The position numbers and the translations under genes were made by a program. DNA of 63,819 nucleotides, counting the filler, from Octopus bimaculoides (taxonomy: Eukaryota): NCBI RefSeq assembly GCF_001194135.2. It is 6 parts of 6 records of this genome, joined end to end, with 100 filler letters (N's around TTAATTAATTAA, not from the genome) between each part and the next. Parts side by side here need not be neighbours in the genome. Positions count along the whole stretch, not along the records: positions 1 to 24,386 come from NC_068985.1; positions 24,487 to 38,497 come from NC_068991.1; 4 more parts are not named here. One strand, written 5' to 3'. This document shows, piece after piece, positions 10,858-24,617 of the stretch; within the stretch, counting starts at the first letter, position 1, and every line of letters starts with the position of its first letter. The notes beneath the pieces are model-generated. The model did not search any database, was not told the DNA's origin, and was given only the letters and a program-made list of their open reading frames with translations.

Positions 10858-12224
10858 CTGGAATAATATAAACAATGTCAACACTGAGAAACAAAACTAT
10901 TTTCAATGAAATCTATTCAACTTCATCTTTACATGAATTTTCCCTTAAAACATACAAAAAAATTAGTGAGGTAAATGAGTCTGGAAGTGATCACAAAATT
11001 GTAACTATTGAAACAGAAGCTAAGAAAATAGAGTGAGCAGTTGGTCCTAGAAAATTAATGGATTTGAATGACACAAAAAGTTGAAATTCATAAGCAGAGA
11101 ACAGTCACTAATTTTGACTTTTGTTGGATTATCTCTCAATCCAAGCTGATTGTAGTTGTGAGTGTAAATATCATTCTCCCACACAACTACAACTGGTCAT
11201 TAATGCAAAGGTAAGTTAGTCACCAAAGTTATCAAAACAGTATCTGTTTACAAAATTATGATTTTTATTTGAACATAAGAGAGAGAGAGAGAAAGAGAGA
11301 GAGAGAAAGAGAGAGAGAAAGATATAGAGAAACACAGGCACAAACAGAAAGACACAGGGTGTGAGGGAGTGAGGGAGGGAGGGTATTTGTAGTAATCATC
11401 ATTAGCATTTAAACCAGCCATATCTGGCCAAAATGTTCTACTTGTTTTATGTTCAAACTGGCCAGATACAGCTTCTCACACCTACCAAGCAATGTTATTC
11501 TAAGAATATACAAACAGATAATCAAAATCTCAAATCTACGAGATTATGCATGATTAATTCAAAACAATGTGAATAAATAAGTATTATATTTGACAAAGTA
11601 ATCCGAATGCTAGATGGTTCAGTATGAGAACAATGTAAAAACCATTCTGAGCTTTCACTGATGTAAATAACTCATTTGAAAATATTCAACTTTCAAACCA
11701 ATAATTCTACCATAAATTTTCATCACCTTACCTTCTCTTTTCATTGTCTAATATTGAAATAGAGATGCATTCAGACCAACCATTGATATATTTCAACCAA
11801 TACAGATATCTTTATTTATTCTGACAATTCCAGATACTATACTCATATTACACAAATCCTTATAAATTCTGCCCATCATATCTTCTTCCAGTCATAACAA
11901 CCTAAGATTGACAACTGAAGATATCATGACTTGATAGAGATTACTGAAGATGAACAGCAATACTCCCAAATGGTTTCCAATTCAGCTATAATGGAAGTTA
12001 TCTTCATTTATGTTGCATTACCCTTACAGAAATAATGTAACTTCTAAACATTAAAAGGTCTTCAATGCTATTAACTACATGCAAAACAAAATGTGTGATT
12101 TGTCTTGAAATGTACTGTTACCTTGCAGTATTAGTTAACTCCAAACTCCAAGTTCAGACTATTGTCAGAACTTCTGCACTGTTACCACAAATACACACAA
12201 CCAAACATATAAAATATACATAGA

Positions 12225-12386
12225 GGCACAGGTGTGGCTGTGTGGTAAGAAGCTTGCTTCCCAACCACATGGCTCCGGGTTCAGTCCCACTGCGTGGTTC
12301 CTTGGGCAAGTGTCTTCTACTATAGCTTCAGGCCGACCAAAGCCTTGTGAGTGGATTTGGTAAACAGAAACTGAAAGAAACCTGTC

Positions 12387-12390
<4 letters not shown>
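12225..12390 (+). mobile_element. SINE family A, 5' half
   Basis: ggcacaggtgtggctgtgtggtaagaagcttgcttcccaaccacatggctccgggttcagtcccactgcg...ccttgggcaagtgtcttctactatagc; runs into (GT)n and a gap. Confidence 0.8.
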
Positions 12391-12420
<30 letters not shown>

Positions 12421-13089
12421 NNNNNNNNNNNNNNNNNNNNNNNNNNNNNNNNNNNNNNNNNNNNNNNNNNNNNNNNNNNNNNNNNNNNNNNNNNNNNNNN
12501 NNNNNNNNNNNNNNNNNNNNNNNNNNNNNNNNNNNNNNNNNNNNNNNNNNNNNNNNNNNNNNNNNNNNNNNNNNNNNNNNNNNNNNNNNNNNNNNNNNNN
12601 NNNNNNNNNNNNNNNNNNNNNNNNNNNNNNNNNNNNNNNNNNNNNNNNNNNNNNNNNNNNNNNNNNNNNNNNNNNNNNNNNNNNNNNNNNNNNNNNNNNN
12701 NNNNNNNNNNNNNNNNNNNNNNNNNNNNNNNNNNNNNNNNNNNNNNNNNNNNNNNNNNNNNNNNNNNNNNNNNNNNNNNNNNNNNNNNNNNNNNNNNNNN
12801 NNNNNNNNNNNNNNNNNNNNNNNNNNNNNNNNNNNNNNNNNNATATATATTGAGAGAGAGAAACAAAAACTGAAAATATTCATCAGATGAACACTCATGT
12901 ATAGATATTTATATATTTACAGAATGAACTTACATGGAGCACAAAAAAAGAAAAAAAACAGAACACTAAGGAGAGAGGGCATAGTATATCAGGTCCAACA
13001 GCTGTTTCTAGGGGATTGGAATTACATAATAGTTGTAATGTTGGCAGATGGAGTGCACAAAAATCAAGGATATCCAACCAGTAGTGGAT

Positions 13090-13520
13090 GCATATAAACA
13101 TTTCCACTTCAGAGTGTGAGTTCAAATCATTTGAGCATGACTTTGTGTTTTCTATATTGAGCATCTCTGGCTCTCTTGCCTTCCTGAAAGTTTGTGTGAT
13201 GATGTTTCTAAGTAGTTGTGCACATGTATTTTTGCTTACTCCATACAAATTTTTAGTGTTTTCAGAAAAGAATAGGGCCCTATCAGAAGTTTTAAGTCTA
13301 TGAATGTCTACTCTAGGTTTACTTTGGAAAGGGTTATAAGACTTATGGAATTTTAATCAGGGTATGATGGCCAAAAGGTCATTTTCAAAAGCCTCCAGTT
13401 CCTTGATATTGGATGGGAATTTAATGGATTTAAGGCCAAAATGTTTGGCCTCCATGAATGTAAGTCATTGAAAATCTGGTTGATAGCTTGTCAAACAAAT
13501 ATTAATTAGCTCCATCACGT
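13090..13520 (-). mobile_element. Penelope-like (Naiad-like) ORF N-terminal fragment
   Basis: FGLKSIKFPSNIKELEAFENDLLAII..KFHKSYNPFQSK...LFFSENTKNLYGVSKNTCAQLLRNIITQTFRKA, resembling the pre-RT region of Naiad-type PLEs (..ADKT.N.Y.....Y.KLL..NIT..YKK). Confidence 0.6.
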
Positions 13521-13562
13521 GATGGTCTGAAATGTTTGCATGGTGCTTCGGTATGACAAACA

Positions 13563-15540
13563 TCATTCACTGCAGAGATGCTCAAAATATCTGGCAGTGT
13601 TGGCTATAGCCTAGTCACCCATATAGTCAACCACGTGATACATGAAGGAGTCATACCCAAGGACTGGTGTAGCAGCACCATAGTCAACTGCTACAAAGGT
13701 AAAGGTGACACATTAGACAGAAATAATTACAGAGGTATCAAGCTGTTGGATCAGGTAATGAAAGTCACAGAGAGGGTTGTAGCCCAACTAATTAGGGAGA
13801 GGGTCAGTCTAGACAAGATGCAGTTTGGGTTTGTGCCATAGAAAAGCACCACTGATGCTATATTTCTGGTAAAACAGCTGCAGGAGAAATACCTAGCCAA
13901 AGATAAACCTCTGTACCTGGCTTTCGTTAACAGGAGAAAGCCATTGACAGGGTCCCCCGATCCCTTATCAGGTGGTCAATGAGGAAATTAGGGATAGAAA
14001 AATGGTTAGTGGGATCTGTGCAAGCCATGTACAGGGACGCTGTCAGTAAGGTGAAGGTTGGCAATGAGTACAGTGAAGAATTCCAGGTAGTCTCCAGCCC
14101 CCTCCTATTTATCACAGTCTTCCAGGCAACAACAGAGGAATTCAAGACAGGATGCCCCTGGGAGCTTCTCTATGCTGATGACCTTGCTCTAGTTGCTGAG
14201 TCGCTATCAGAACTAGGGGACAAGTTTCAGGTGTGGAAGCAAGGATTAGAATCGAAGGGACTTAGAATCAACCTAGCTAAAACCAAAGTTTTAATAAGTA
14301 GGAAGGCACACAAACCACAAATCCCTTCAGGTAGATGGCCCTGCACGATCTGAAGAAAAGGCATAGGTAGAAACTCTATAAGATGTACCCAGTGTAAGCT
14401 ATGGACACATAAGAGGTGCAACAATATCAAAGGAAGGCTAACTGGGAAGATAGTTTTTGTATGTGGTAGATGCTCAGGAGCAATAAACACTGAAAATGTG
14501 CAGAGAACAACTTCTGCCACATTCCAGGGAGAAAAACTACAAGTAGTTGACAGCTGCCATTACGTAGGTGACCAAATCAGTAGCAGGGGTGGATGCTCTG
14601 AAAGTGTAGCTGCTAGAATAAGAATAGCCTGGGCAAATTTCAGAGAGCTCTTACCTCTGCTGGTGACTAAGGGCCTCTCGCTCTGAGTAAAAAATAGACT
14701 GTATGACACGTGTACGAACAGCCCTGCTACATGGCAGTGAAACATGGGTCGTGACTGCTGAGGACATGTATAAGCTTGCAAGGAATGAAGCTAGTAAGCT
14801 CCACTGGATGTGTAATGTCAGTGTGCATACACAACAGAGTGTAAGTGTCCTGAGAGAAAAGTAGGACCTAAGAAGCATCAGATGTGGTGTGCAAGAGAGA
14901 CGACTGCGCTGATACGGTCATGTGGTGAGAATGGATGAGGATAGTTGTGTGAAAAAGTGCCACACCCTAGCGGTTGAGGGAACCTGTGGTAGAAGTAGAC
15001 TGAGGAAGACCTGGGATGCAGTGGTGAAACACGACCTTCGAACATTAGGCCTCACTGAGGCAATGACTAGTGACCGAGACCTTTGGAAATATGCTGTGCT
15101 TGAGAAGACCCGGCAAGCTGAGACCATAACCGATGGCCCATGCCAGTGGTGTAACCAGCCCACTTATGCATACCTTTCTTTCATTGGAAACTAAACTCTG
15201 CTTGTGAAGACCTGTTGAGGCAAGTGAAATCGAAATCAAATTCACTGACGCGGCCGAAGACAGCACAGCTTGACTGGCATCGGTGCAAGTAGAACATTAA
15301 GAGCACCATCCGAGTGTGATTGTTACCAGGGCTGCTGACTGGCTTCCGTGCCGGTGGCATGTAAAAAGCACCATTCAAGTGTGGTCGTTACCAGCATCAC
15401 CTTACTGGCATATGTGCCGGTGGCACATGAAAAACAACATTCAAGCAAGGTTGTTGCCAGTGCCGCTGGACTGGCAATGTTACCAGTTCTGCTGGACATG
15501 CAGGTGGCACGTAAAAAATACCATTTGAGTGTGGTCAATA
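13563..15540 (+). mobile_element. 5'-truncated RTE (BovB-like) LINE: RT domain plus repeat-containing 3' UTR
   Basis: YKGKGD..DRNNYRGIKLLDQVMK, QFGFVP, SPLLFI, LLYADDL, GLRINLAKTK; stops and frameshifts; ~66-bp tandem units gactggc..gtgccggtggca..aaaagcaccat at 15270-15540. Confidence 0.9.
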
Positions 15541-15894
15541 ACAATGGCAGACATTTTACTAAACAGTGTGATAATTACAGCATTTTAGTTTGGATATATG
15601 AATATTCAATTTTTCTCATGAAAGTAGTTAGCGAGAGCATGAGGATGTTAATTTTTAAAAATGACAAAATAACAGGAAAAATAAGAAAATTATATTTATC
15701 ACTCTTCAGCTATCACACAGGTTTGATTACTTTTAATATGTACAATATGTTGTAGTAAATGACTCACTTGTTATTCTACATTATCTTGTACAAGAAGCTC
15801 TCTAATTTCACAGATGTTGTACATGTATATGTATTCAAAACTACTGAAATATATATACATATTTACACATGGGTATACCATCTGAATATGACAA

Positions 15895-16235
15895 ATGCCA
15901 GTACCACCTGACTGGCTCCCATGCTGGTGGCACATAAAAAGCACTATCTGAACATGATTAATGACAGGCCTGCCTGACTGGCTCCTTTGCCAGTGGCATA
16001 TAAAAAGCACCCGCTACACTCTCAGAGTAGGGCATCCAGCTGTAGAAACATTGCCAAATCAGATTGGAACCTGGTGCCGCTGCTGGCTCTGCAGACCTCA
16101 GTAAAAACCATCCAACCCATGCCAGCATGGAAAGGGTTTTCCATGCTGGCATTTTCTAAATGTTTTCAAGGGACACATACTGTGGTGGTTCCACATAAAA
16201 AACTCTCATGCTGGTGCCACATAAAAAGCAGAGAT
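15895..16235 (+). mobile_element. RTE 3' UTR fragment
   Basis: gactggctcc..tgc(c/t)ggtggca..taaaaagcac units followed by agggcatccagctgtagaaac...ccaacccatgccagcatggaa. Confidence 0.65.
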
Positions 16236-16542
16236 AGGCCTGGAATATATAAACATTTGGTGCATATTTGCACATGCATCCACACACACACACATGTACA
16301 ACAGGATTCCTGTAGTTTCTCTCAGCCAATTTCCTTTACAAGTTATTGGTCAGCCCTGGCCAATAGTAAAAGACATTTATCCAAGGTGCTGCACAGTGAA
16401 GTTGAACCCAAAACCATGTGGTTGTGAAGCAAACTTCTCAATTATGCCTACAATATTTGCAAAGGATATACAGGTGAAACTCAATGTGATTAAAATTATT
16501 ATTTCTGTGAATACATTCTTATAACAATATTCAAGTTATCTG

Positions 16543-17008
16543 AGGTGGCGAGCTGGCAGAAACATTAGCACACCGGGCAAAATGCTTAGCAGTATTTCAT
16601 CTGACTTTACGTTCTGAGTTCAAATTCCACTGAGGTTGACTTTGCCTTTCATCCTTTCGGGGTTGTTAAATTAAGTACCTGTTGCATACTGGGGTCCAAC
16701 TCCCCCCCCCCCCCNNNNNNNNNNNNNNNNNNNNNNNNCCCCCGAACTCCCCCAAATTTTGGGCCTTGTGCCTAGAGTTGTAAAGAATACATTATATTTT
16801 AAGGCAGCGAGCTGGCAGAAATGTTAGTACGCCGACGAAATGCTTAGCAGTATTTTGTCTGCCTTTACGGTTTGAATTCAAATTCCGCCAAGGTTGACTC
16901 TGCCTTTCATCCTTTCGGGGTTGATAAATTAAGTACCAGTTGCGTACTGGGGTCGATCTAATCAACTGGCCCCCTCCCCAAAAATTTTGGGCCTTGTGCC
17001 TAGAGTAA
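16543..17008 (+). mobile_element. Two head-to-tail copies of SINE family C (16543-16788 and 16802-17008)
   Basis: gg(c/t)ggcgagctggcagaaa...gaaatgcttagc...gttgact(t/c)tgcctttcatcctttcgggg...aattaagtacc...gggccttgtgcctagag in both. Confidence 0.85.
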
Positions 17009-18887
17009 ACTCAAACCTAAATATTTTAATTCCTCACAAGCCATTCTTTCAAATAGCTTTCAGTTATAAGGAATCACATCACAGTTCAACCTTCATCTAC
17101 AAAGAGAAAAACCTCATCTTTATTCTAGACTCTTCTTCTCCGAGAGCAATCAATGATCATCTCAGATTCTCCAAGGTCACCTCTCTTTTCCATTTATGTA
17201 ATAACAGCTACTCATATTTTCCTCACCACTATTTTCATGTATATAGTCACATATGTTGATTTTGTAGTGTATATAGTCACATATACATGACTAAATACAT
17301 ATATGCACGTGTGTGTACAGATACATGAATATGTGTGTATACTTGCAAACTGATATATGAAAATATGTGCAAATATGTATATATGTGTATGGAGGAATGT
17401 ACATATATATGATGGAAGTCAACTCCAAAATGAGTACAACCATTTGCAGTTTAGCACAAGATGTCTCTTCTCAGTTAATGCAATGCAGAATGATGACAAT
17501 TGCTACTGTATATAGACATGTGTCTCTTCAGGTTACCAATAGAAAGATGACATTTATTACATAATTGATAGACATATATTCTTTTCATGTGGCAGTGATT
17601 TATTATTAGCTTGCTCTGATTCATGTATCCTTGAATAAATAAGAAGACCAGCCTTAGATAGACAAACATGGTTACAAGTTGAATATTTGAAAGGATCATT
17701 AATATTTATGGGGTTTCTTTTCTTTGTCTTGTTTCAATTTGGTATGTTTAGCGTGATTCTCTCCAAAGTACATGGACACATTCAGTATATAGTTTTTCCC
17801 ATAATGCCCTAGCAATTTTCCAACTGTCTACAAGAATATTACCCATAGGTGAAGGTATTCAAGAAATGACCATCCAGTATATTTTTTCTTATTCAGAGGT
17901 ATACAATATGCCACTCTTGTTTTAAAATAACAACATAACTTAAAGGAGATTAGGTTGCTGTCTCTAGTATTGTGTTAATATCGTGAGAGTGGAAAATAAT
18001 TTTGCAACCCTATCTTCATTCTCTATGTGTAACAACAAGATCCTATGGTGGTACCTCTTAAAAAAAACTCAGGAGGCAGAAAATGAACAATTTATTAGTG
18101 TCTATACTTGCATTTTTTTAGTTTGGTTTTTAGCATAGTTGGCAATAGATTTTAACTTCTTAATTAACAGCAGTAGATATCAAATAACATTTTTTTTTAA
18201 ATTAGGAAATAACATAAAGTTGCTCTTCTTTTTAATTTTTGATACAACAATTATACATACACTAACAACAACAAGAATAATGGCTATGTTTCCTATCAAA
18301 AGCCAGCCAAGCAATTTTTGAGCAAAGCAATGGTATTAAAATCCAGCTAAAACAAGATTAAGTACCACCACACTGACTTGGATTCAAAGTTCAGTGGTGT
18401 AAAAAGCGAATTAAGGTTAGACTAATTAAAGAAGATCAAATAAATCTAGAAGGAATTATTTCAACTGATAGTTCTTTCTAATATCAGACAATCAGATACC
18501 TGACCACAATATCAAAAATACTGGATTGCTGTTAGAGTTCTCTGTGGTTAACAAGTTCTAGTTTGGCCTTCTATAGCAACAGAAATCCAATGAGATTGAC
18601 AAAATGCTTTTAAAAAATTATAATTTATGCTAATTGAGAAATATTTCAAGGTTCAGATGTTTTGGCAAGGTATCTCAAGCAGAAAGGAACTCATTCTAGA
18701 AAAAGAAGTATAAAAAAAAATGCTAGGTGGAGCTCACAAATGATGGCTGTATTCTTTTTCAAAACTATTTTCCTGTGCTTCCTTTCTCACAGGTTGTTTG
18801 AAAGAATTAGAAACTTCAACTACTTCCAAGAATTCATCCAAAGAATTTATATCCCTCTTCACTTAAATACTTTCCCTTGCATGATTA

Positions 18888-20900
18888 CATTGGTCAAGAA
18901 GTATTTTTCATTAAACATATGTTAAGGTGTATTTAGTGAAGTTTTTAATGCTGATTTCAAATATACAATTAGTTTTTTGACATCACATATAGTTTTCAAG
19001 ATGAGAAAGTTTTTTTGGCTTTAGTTCATGCATTATATAGAAATTCCAATTAATGACATGTATGCGTGTATTTCATTGACATCATGGAAACATACCTTTA
19101 AAATAAACTATATTATTCTTTGCTGCATAGTTCAGATGCAGTGGGTTACATCAAGTTTTGTTTGATGAAATGGGTATTTCAACATCTCAAATTGTCCAGT
19201 CATAATTGATCTGATGAAATATTTCATCAAGTTCAATATAGGTATAACCGTTTGTATCTACTTCCTAACTTGTTTTACAGTGTTAACAATGTCAAGACAG
19301 TGTAGAAATCATCCTGATGTGTTTTGCTATGTCTGTGGACAATTTATTGTGAAAGCTCAAAAACGTACAATAACACCAGAGATCAAGAAGATTTATAAGC
19401 TATACTTTGACTGTCCTCTTGGAGATCAGGACAAGTTATGGGAATCACATTTTATCTGCTCAGCTTGTTTAAATGGCTTATGTAACTGGTTTAATAATAA
19501 GAAGGAGTCCATGCCTTCTGCCATTCCAATGATATGGAGGGAGTCAAAAGACCATTTTAATGACTGTTATTTTTGTCACAGGATTTTCTATGAAGAATAA
19601 ACACAAAATTGTGTAACCCAATTTGGATTCTGCAATGAGACATGTGCCTCACAATGGAAATCTTCCAATTCCAGTTCCCCCAGATGATGGTAGTGAAACA
19701 TCAGATGATGTTTCTGACTGTCACGATAGTACTGCTGAGGAAGATTGCATGGCTGATGATGATAGCTTTGAATCTCAGAAATTTTCTCAAGCCGAAGTGA
19801 ATGACCTTGTCAGAGACTTATCCCTCTCAAAAGATAAAGCAGAACTGATGGCATCAAGACTGAATGAGAAGTATCTGCTAGAGCACAGTGTTCGTATAAC
19901 TTATTTTCGGCAGAGAAATGTGGTTCTACAAACGTGTTTTCTGTTGAAGGCCCGCTTTGCTTTTGCAGTAACATCAATGGACTTTTTGATTGTTTATCAC
20001 AAAATCATGATCCTGGAGAGTGGCGTTTGTTTATTGACTCTTCAAAACAAAGTTTAAAAGCTGTACTTCTCCATAATGGCAATTTGAAGCCCTCCATTCC
20101 TATTGCACACTCCGTTCATCTTCATGTACCTTATGAGAATATGGAACTTTTACTTCTTGCCATTGCCTATGAAAGATACTCATGGAAATATGTGGAGATT
20201 TAACAGAATGTTAATGGGAATACAGGCAGATTTCACAAAATACTGTTGTTTCTTGTGTCTATGGGATAGTTGGGCAACTGACAGACAAGAACATCATACC
20301 AGCCAGGACTGTCTAGCATCAAGAAGACACCTCTTGTAGATCCATGTAATGTCTTATTGTCTCCTTTGCACATAAAGCTTGAACTGATGAAACAGTTCGT
20401 AAAGACACTGGGGAAGAGAAATTCCAGAGGGTTTGAGTATATTGTAGAAAAGTTTTCCAAAATCACTCAAGTGAAGTTGAAAGAGGGTATCTTTGTCAGA
20501 CCCCAAATAAAAGTACTCAAAGATGTCAACTCCAAGACAATACTGGACGAACTGGAACTGCCTGCCTGGAATACTTTCAATTGGATCTGTGAGAATTTCT
20601 TGAGCAACAAGAAGGCAACAGACTACAAGGATGGCATCAAGAATCTTCTGAAATGTTACTCGGCAATGAGTTGTAGCATATCACAGAAAGTTCACTTCTT
20701 GGACTTCCATCTGGATTTCTTCACAGATAACCTTGGAGCAGTGTCTGATGAACATGGTGAAAGATTTCACCAGGACATTAGTGCTATGGAGAAACGGTAC
20801 CAAGGCTTCTGAATTGACAGTATGCTGGCTGACTACTGCTGGACACTTTACCCTGATCATCCAGATCAGGAATACTGCAGGAAATCCAAATCACAATGTT
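18888..20900 (+). mobile_element. Chapaev3-like (CMC) DNA transposon with a frameshifted transposase; 3' TIR not found
   Basis: MSRQCRNHPDVFCYVCG...DQDKLW...CSAC...PMIWRESKDHFNDCYFC; FTKYCCFLCLWDS; PLHIKLELMKQFVK; GAVSDEHGERFHQDI; putative 5' end tta|CATTGGTCAAGAA. Transposase is clear; the Chapaev3 label is from memory of the family. Confidence 0.65.
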
Positions 20901-21109
20901 TCTAACTTTGTTTCGTCTGACCTATTTTTGTGTATTCACTCTTTGTAGAATGATAGTGGTGATTTTTAACTCATTTACTTTCTAAAAATAATGTCCTTAT
21001 TTATTACATCAATGATTTCATATATGCAAACTAGCTAGCTCTGTACCATCAAAACTGACAGCTAATTGTAGTATTTTATATATAAATAAGGTACAAAATA
21101 ATCACAGAT

Positions 21110-21730
21110 ACAAACATTCACATACTTCCCTTGTACATGCACACACATACTCAAATTGAAATGCTGTTTGATTTTTCTTTTCAGTGTTGAATGTTCACCA
21201 TCCCATTTCCATTGTGCACACGCACACACACACAAACACTCACATGACTTCCTTTAATATACACACACATACACTCACGCAGAGATAAAATGTTATTTGA
21301 TTATTTTTTCATCATAGAACTTCCAACATCCCACTACCAAGCTTACCATCACCCCTTCCTTTCTCATTCATATGTTGTGACAAAGAAACACATAAGAGTA
21401 TTATTATAGTAAAAGATATGGATGGTAAATCAAATTAATACACTTGTCAAAGTTCACATACATTCACACACCTCCTTTGCACATGCACACACATATACTC
21501 ACACAAAGTGGAAATGCTGTTTGATTTTTCTTTTCAGCGTTGAACGTTCTCCATCCCATTTCCATTGCATACACACACACACAAACATTCACATACCTCC
21601 TTTTACATACACACACCTCCTTTTACATACACACACATATACTCACACAGAGTGAAAATGTTGATTTTTTTTTCACCCCTTCCTTCATTATTCATCTATC
21701 CCCTCCTTCCTTTCTTAGTCATATATTGTG
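21110..21730 (+). repeat. Imperfect tandem duplication of a ~300-bp unit
   Basis: gaaatgctgtttgatttttcttttcag(t/c)gttgaa(t/c)gttc(a/t)ccatcccatttccattg occurs near 21160 and 21510. Confidence 0.7.
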
Positions 21731-21922
21731 ATGGAGAAAAGCAAAAGATACAGAATGTGCTCTTTGCCACTTCCTCTCTCTCATTGCTATTACTTTCTCT
21801 CACACTCTCTCAGTCAGGACTATTACTCTCACTACTTCTCCTTCACTGAATTACTATTTTTTCTCCTCTCCCTTCACTTATACTACTCTTTCTTCTACTC
21901 CCTCCTGTGTGATTTGGGACAA

Positions 21923-21957
<35 letters not shown>

Positions 21958-22944
21958 NNNNNNNNNNNNNNNNNNNNNNNNNNNNNNNNNNNNNNNNNNN
22001 NNNNNNNNNNNNNNNNNNNNNNNNNNNNNNNNNNNNNNNNNNNNNNNNNNNNNNNNNNNNNNNNNNNNNNNNNNNNNNNNNNNNNNNNNNNNNNNNNNNN
22101 NNNNNNNNNNNNNNNNNNNNNNNNNNNNNNNNNNNNNNNNNNNNNNNNNNNNNNNNNNNNNNNNNNNNNNNNNNNNNNNNNNNNNNNNNNNNNNNNNNNN
22201 NNNNNNNNNNNNNNNNNNNNNNNNNNNNNNNNNNNNNNNNNNNNNNNNNNNNNNNNNNNNNNNNNNNNNNNNNNNNNNNNNNNNNNNNNNNNNNNNNNNN
22301 NNNNNNNNNNNNNNNNNNNNNNNNNNNNNNNNNNNNNNNNNNNNNNNNNNNNNNNNNNNNNNNNNNNNNNNNNNNNNNNNNNNNNNNNNNNNNNNNNNNN
22401 NNNNNNNNNNNNNNNNNNNNNNNNNNNNNNNNNNNNNNNNNNNNNNNNNNNNNNNNNNNNNNNNNNNNNNNNNNNNNNNNNNNNNNNNNNNNNNNNNNNN
22501 NNNNNNNNNNNNNNNNNNNNNNNNNNNNNNNNNNNNNNNNNNNNNNNNNNNNNNNNNNNNNNNNNNNNNNNNNNNNNNNNNNNNNNNNNNNNNNNNNNNN
22601 NNNNNNNNNNNNNNNNNNNNNNNNNNNNNNNNNNNNNNNNNNNNNNNNNNNNNNNNNNNNNNNNNNNNNNNNNNNNNNNNNNNNNNNNNNNNNNNNNNNN
22701 NNNNNNNNNNNNNNNNNNNNNNNNNNNNNNNNNNNNNNNNNNNNNNNNNNNNNNNNNNNNNNNNNNNNNNNNNNNNNNNTAGAGTAAGTACTAGGCTTAC
22801 AAAGAATAAGCTCTGGGGTTTGCTCAACTATAAAGGCAGTGCTCCAGTCAAATGACTGAAACAAGTAAAAGAGTATAAAAGAGTGTCTAGAGCAAAAATA
22901 AAAAGAGTATACATGCAATAGTGAGTTGATCTCAAAGATAAAGT

Positions 22945-22992
<48 letters not shown>

Positions 22993-23025
22993 AGTTAAAC
23001 ATGGATGTTCTGTTAGAGCAAACTA

Positions 23026-24343
23026 TACTGCAGTGGATAACATGAGAGAAATTCTCATATTCGTTTTGGCGGCAAAATGCATTCTTGTTTATATATAACC
23101 GAAATGCACATGAATCTCATGGAGGTTATGGGTATAAAAATCAACTTGAATCGCATTCCTAGCATTCACAATTTGGACGCATCAAGTATGACCCAACAAT
23201 CAGCACCACAGAGAAAACAAGCTATCAGCCAATTGAAAGCAGGGCAGCATGCCCTGGTTGTTGCAAAAGCTTACAATGCCCATGTCAGCACCATCTATCA
23301 CCTGCAACAATGATACAACAACACCAACAGCACTGCAAACCGTACCACAGAGGGCACCCCCAGGTGACCACACTCAGGCAGGACTGCTTCATCTACCTGC
23401 AACATCTCTGTGGTTGCTTCAGACTGGCCAGCATGACAGCTCATGAAACCATTGGCAATAGACAGTGACCCATCAGCAACGACACAGTACAATGTCGACT
23501 GGCTGCCAACAACCTGTGTTGCCGTCATCCTGCTCAAGGGCCTTTCCTCACCACCCGCCACTGTCAAGCATGACTACAGTGGGCTACACAGCACTGACAT
23601 TGACGGCATCAACAATGGAGGTTGATAGTCTTCTCTGACAAGAGCCAGTACTGCATTTTCACCTATGATGGCAGAGTGAGGGTGTGACGTAGGAGGGATG
23701 AATACTACAGAGACACATGGGGTGGCCAAAGCATCATGGTTTGGGTTGCTATAGGTGCCTGAATCAGAGAATTAGGCCCCATGTGTTCCAAAATGTTGGT
23801 GCAGGCAGAGGGAATGGCATCACAGTGCAACACTGACCAGATCCTAAGACCACACATAGTGCCCTTCTTCACGCATCACCGTAGCCACGTGTTCCAGCAG
23901 GACAATGCTCCCTCCCACACAGTCAGGGTCACCATGGACTTCCTGCATCAGCACAACATCAGAACCATGCCGTGGCTGGCTCTCAGTCTGGATTTAAACC
24001 CAATTGAACACCTGTGTGATGAAATCCAGAGACAGCTGAACCAGGTGGTCCCAAGTTCAACAACTAGTGTGGAACTGGAGGCAGCTTTCCTAAGGGTGTG
24101 GGCACAGGTGCCAATGGATTTTGTGAACTACCTCAAGCATTCCATGTACCAATGGCATATGGCCATTTTGAACACCCAGGGAGGGCATACATGGTATTGA
24201 ACATGTCATGCCCTACAATCTTGATGTGCTGGATCCGCCCACTACCAGAACACGACAACAACCCGTAGACTGTGGTCAAAGTGCATCCAAGAAATTGACT
24301 TTATCAGATTTATCAAAATTTATCTCTTTTGCAGTTCAGTGTA
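23026..24343 (+). mobile_element. Tc1-like DNA transposon relic (DD34E type)
   Basis: HVFQQDNAPSH...TMPWLALSLDLNPIEHLCDEI; HTH-like N-terminus RKQAISQLKAG; 3' TIR-like aaatttatctcttttgcagttcagtg|ta. Confidence 0.85.
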
Positions 24344-24351
24344 TATATATG

Positions 24352-24386
<35 letters not shown>

Positions 24387-24486
24387 NNNNNNNNNNNNNN
24401 NNNNNNNNNNNNNNNNNNNNNNNNNNNNNNTTAATTAATTAANNNNNNNNNNNNNNNNNNNNNNNNNNNNNNNNNNNNNNNNNNNN
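24387..24486. other. Synthetic scaffold linker 44N-TTAATTAATTAA-44N (also at 38498-38597, 53597-53696, 60250-60349, 62454-62553)
   Basis: Five identical 100-bp spacers carrying a 12-mer with stops in all six frames. Confidence 0.95.
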
Positions 24487-24534
<48 letters not shown>

Positions 24535-24617
24535 GGTAGGAGATAGAGAAAGGGAGATAGATAGATATGTCACACACAGACAGATATACACACACATGCA
24601 CGCACGCACGCACACGC

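Noticed and set aside
15270-15540. Regularly spaced ~66-bp repeats resembling a CRISPR array
   Set aside because: Degenerate units without unique spacers, in the 3' UTR of an RTE LINE in an animal genome.
18480-18880. Possible second transposase fragment before the Chapaev3-like element
   Set aside because: No frame gave a motif I could assign with confidence.
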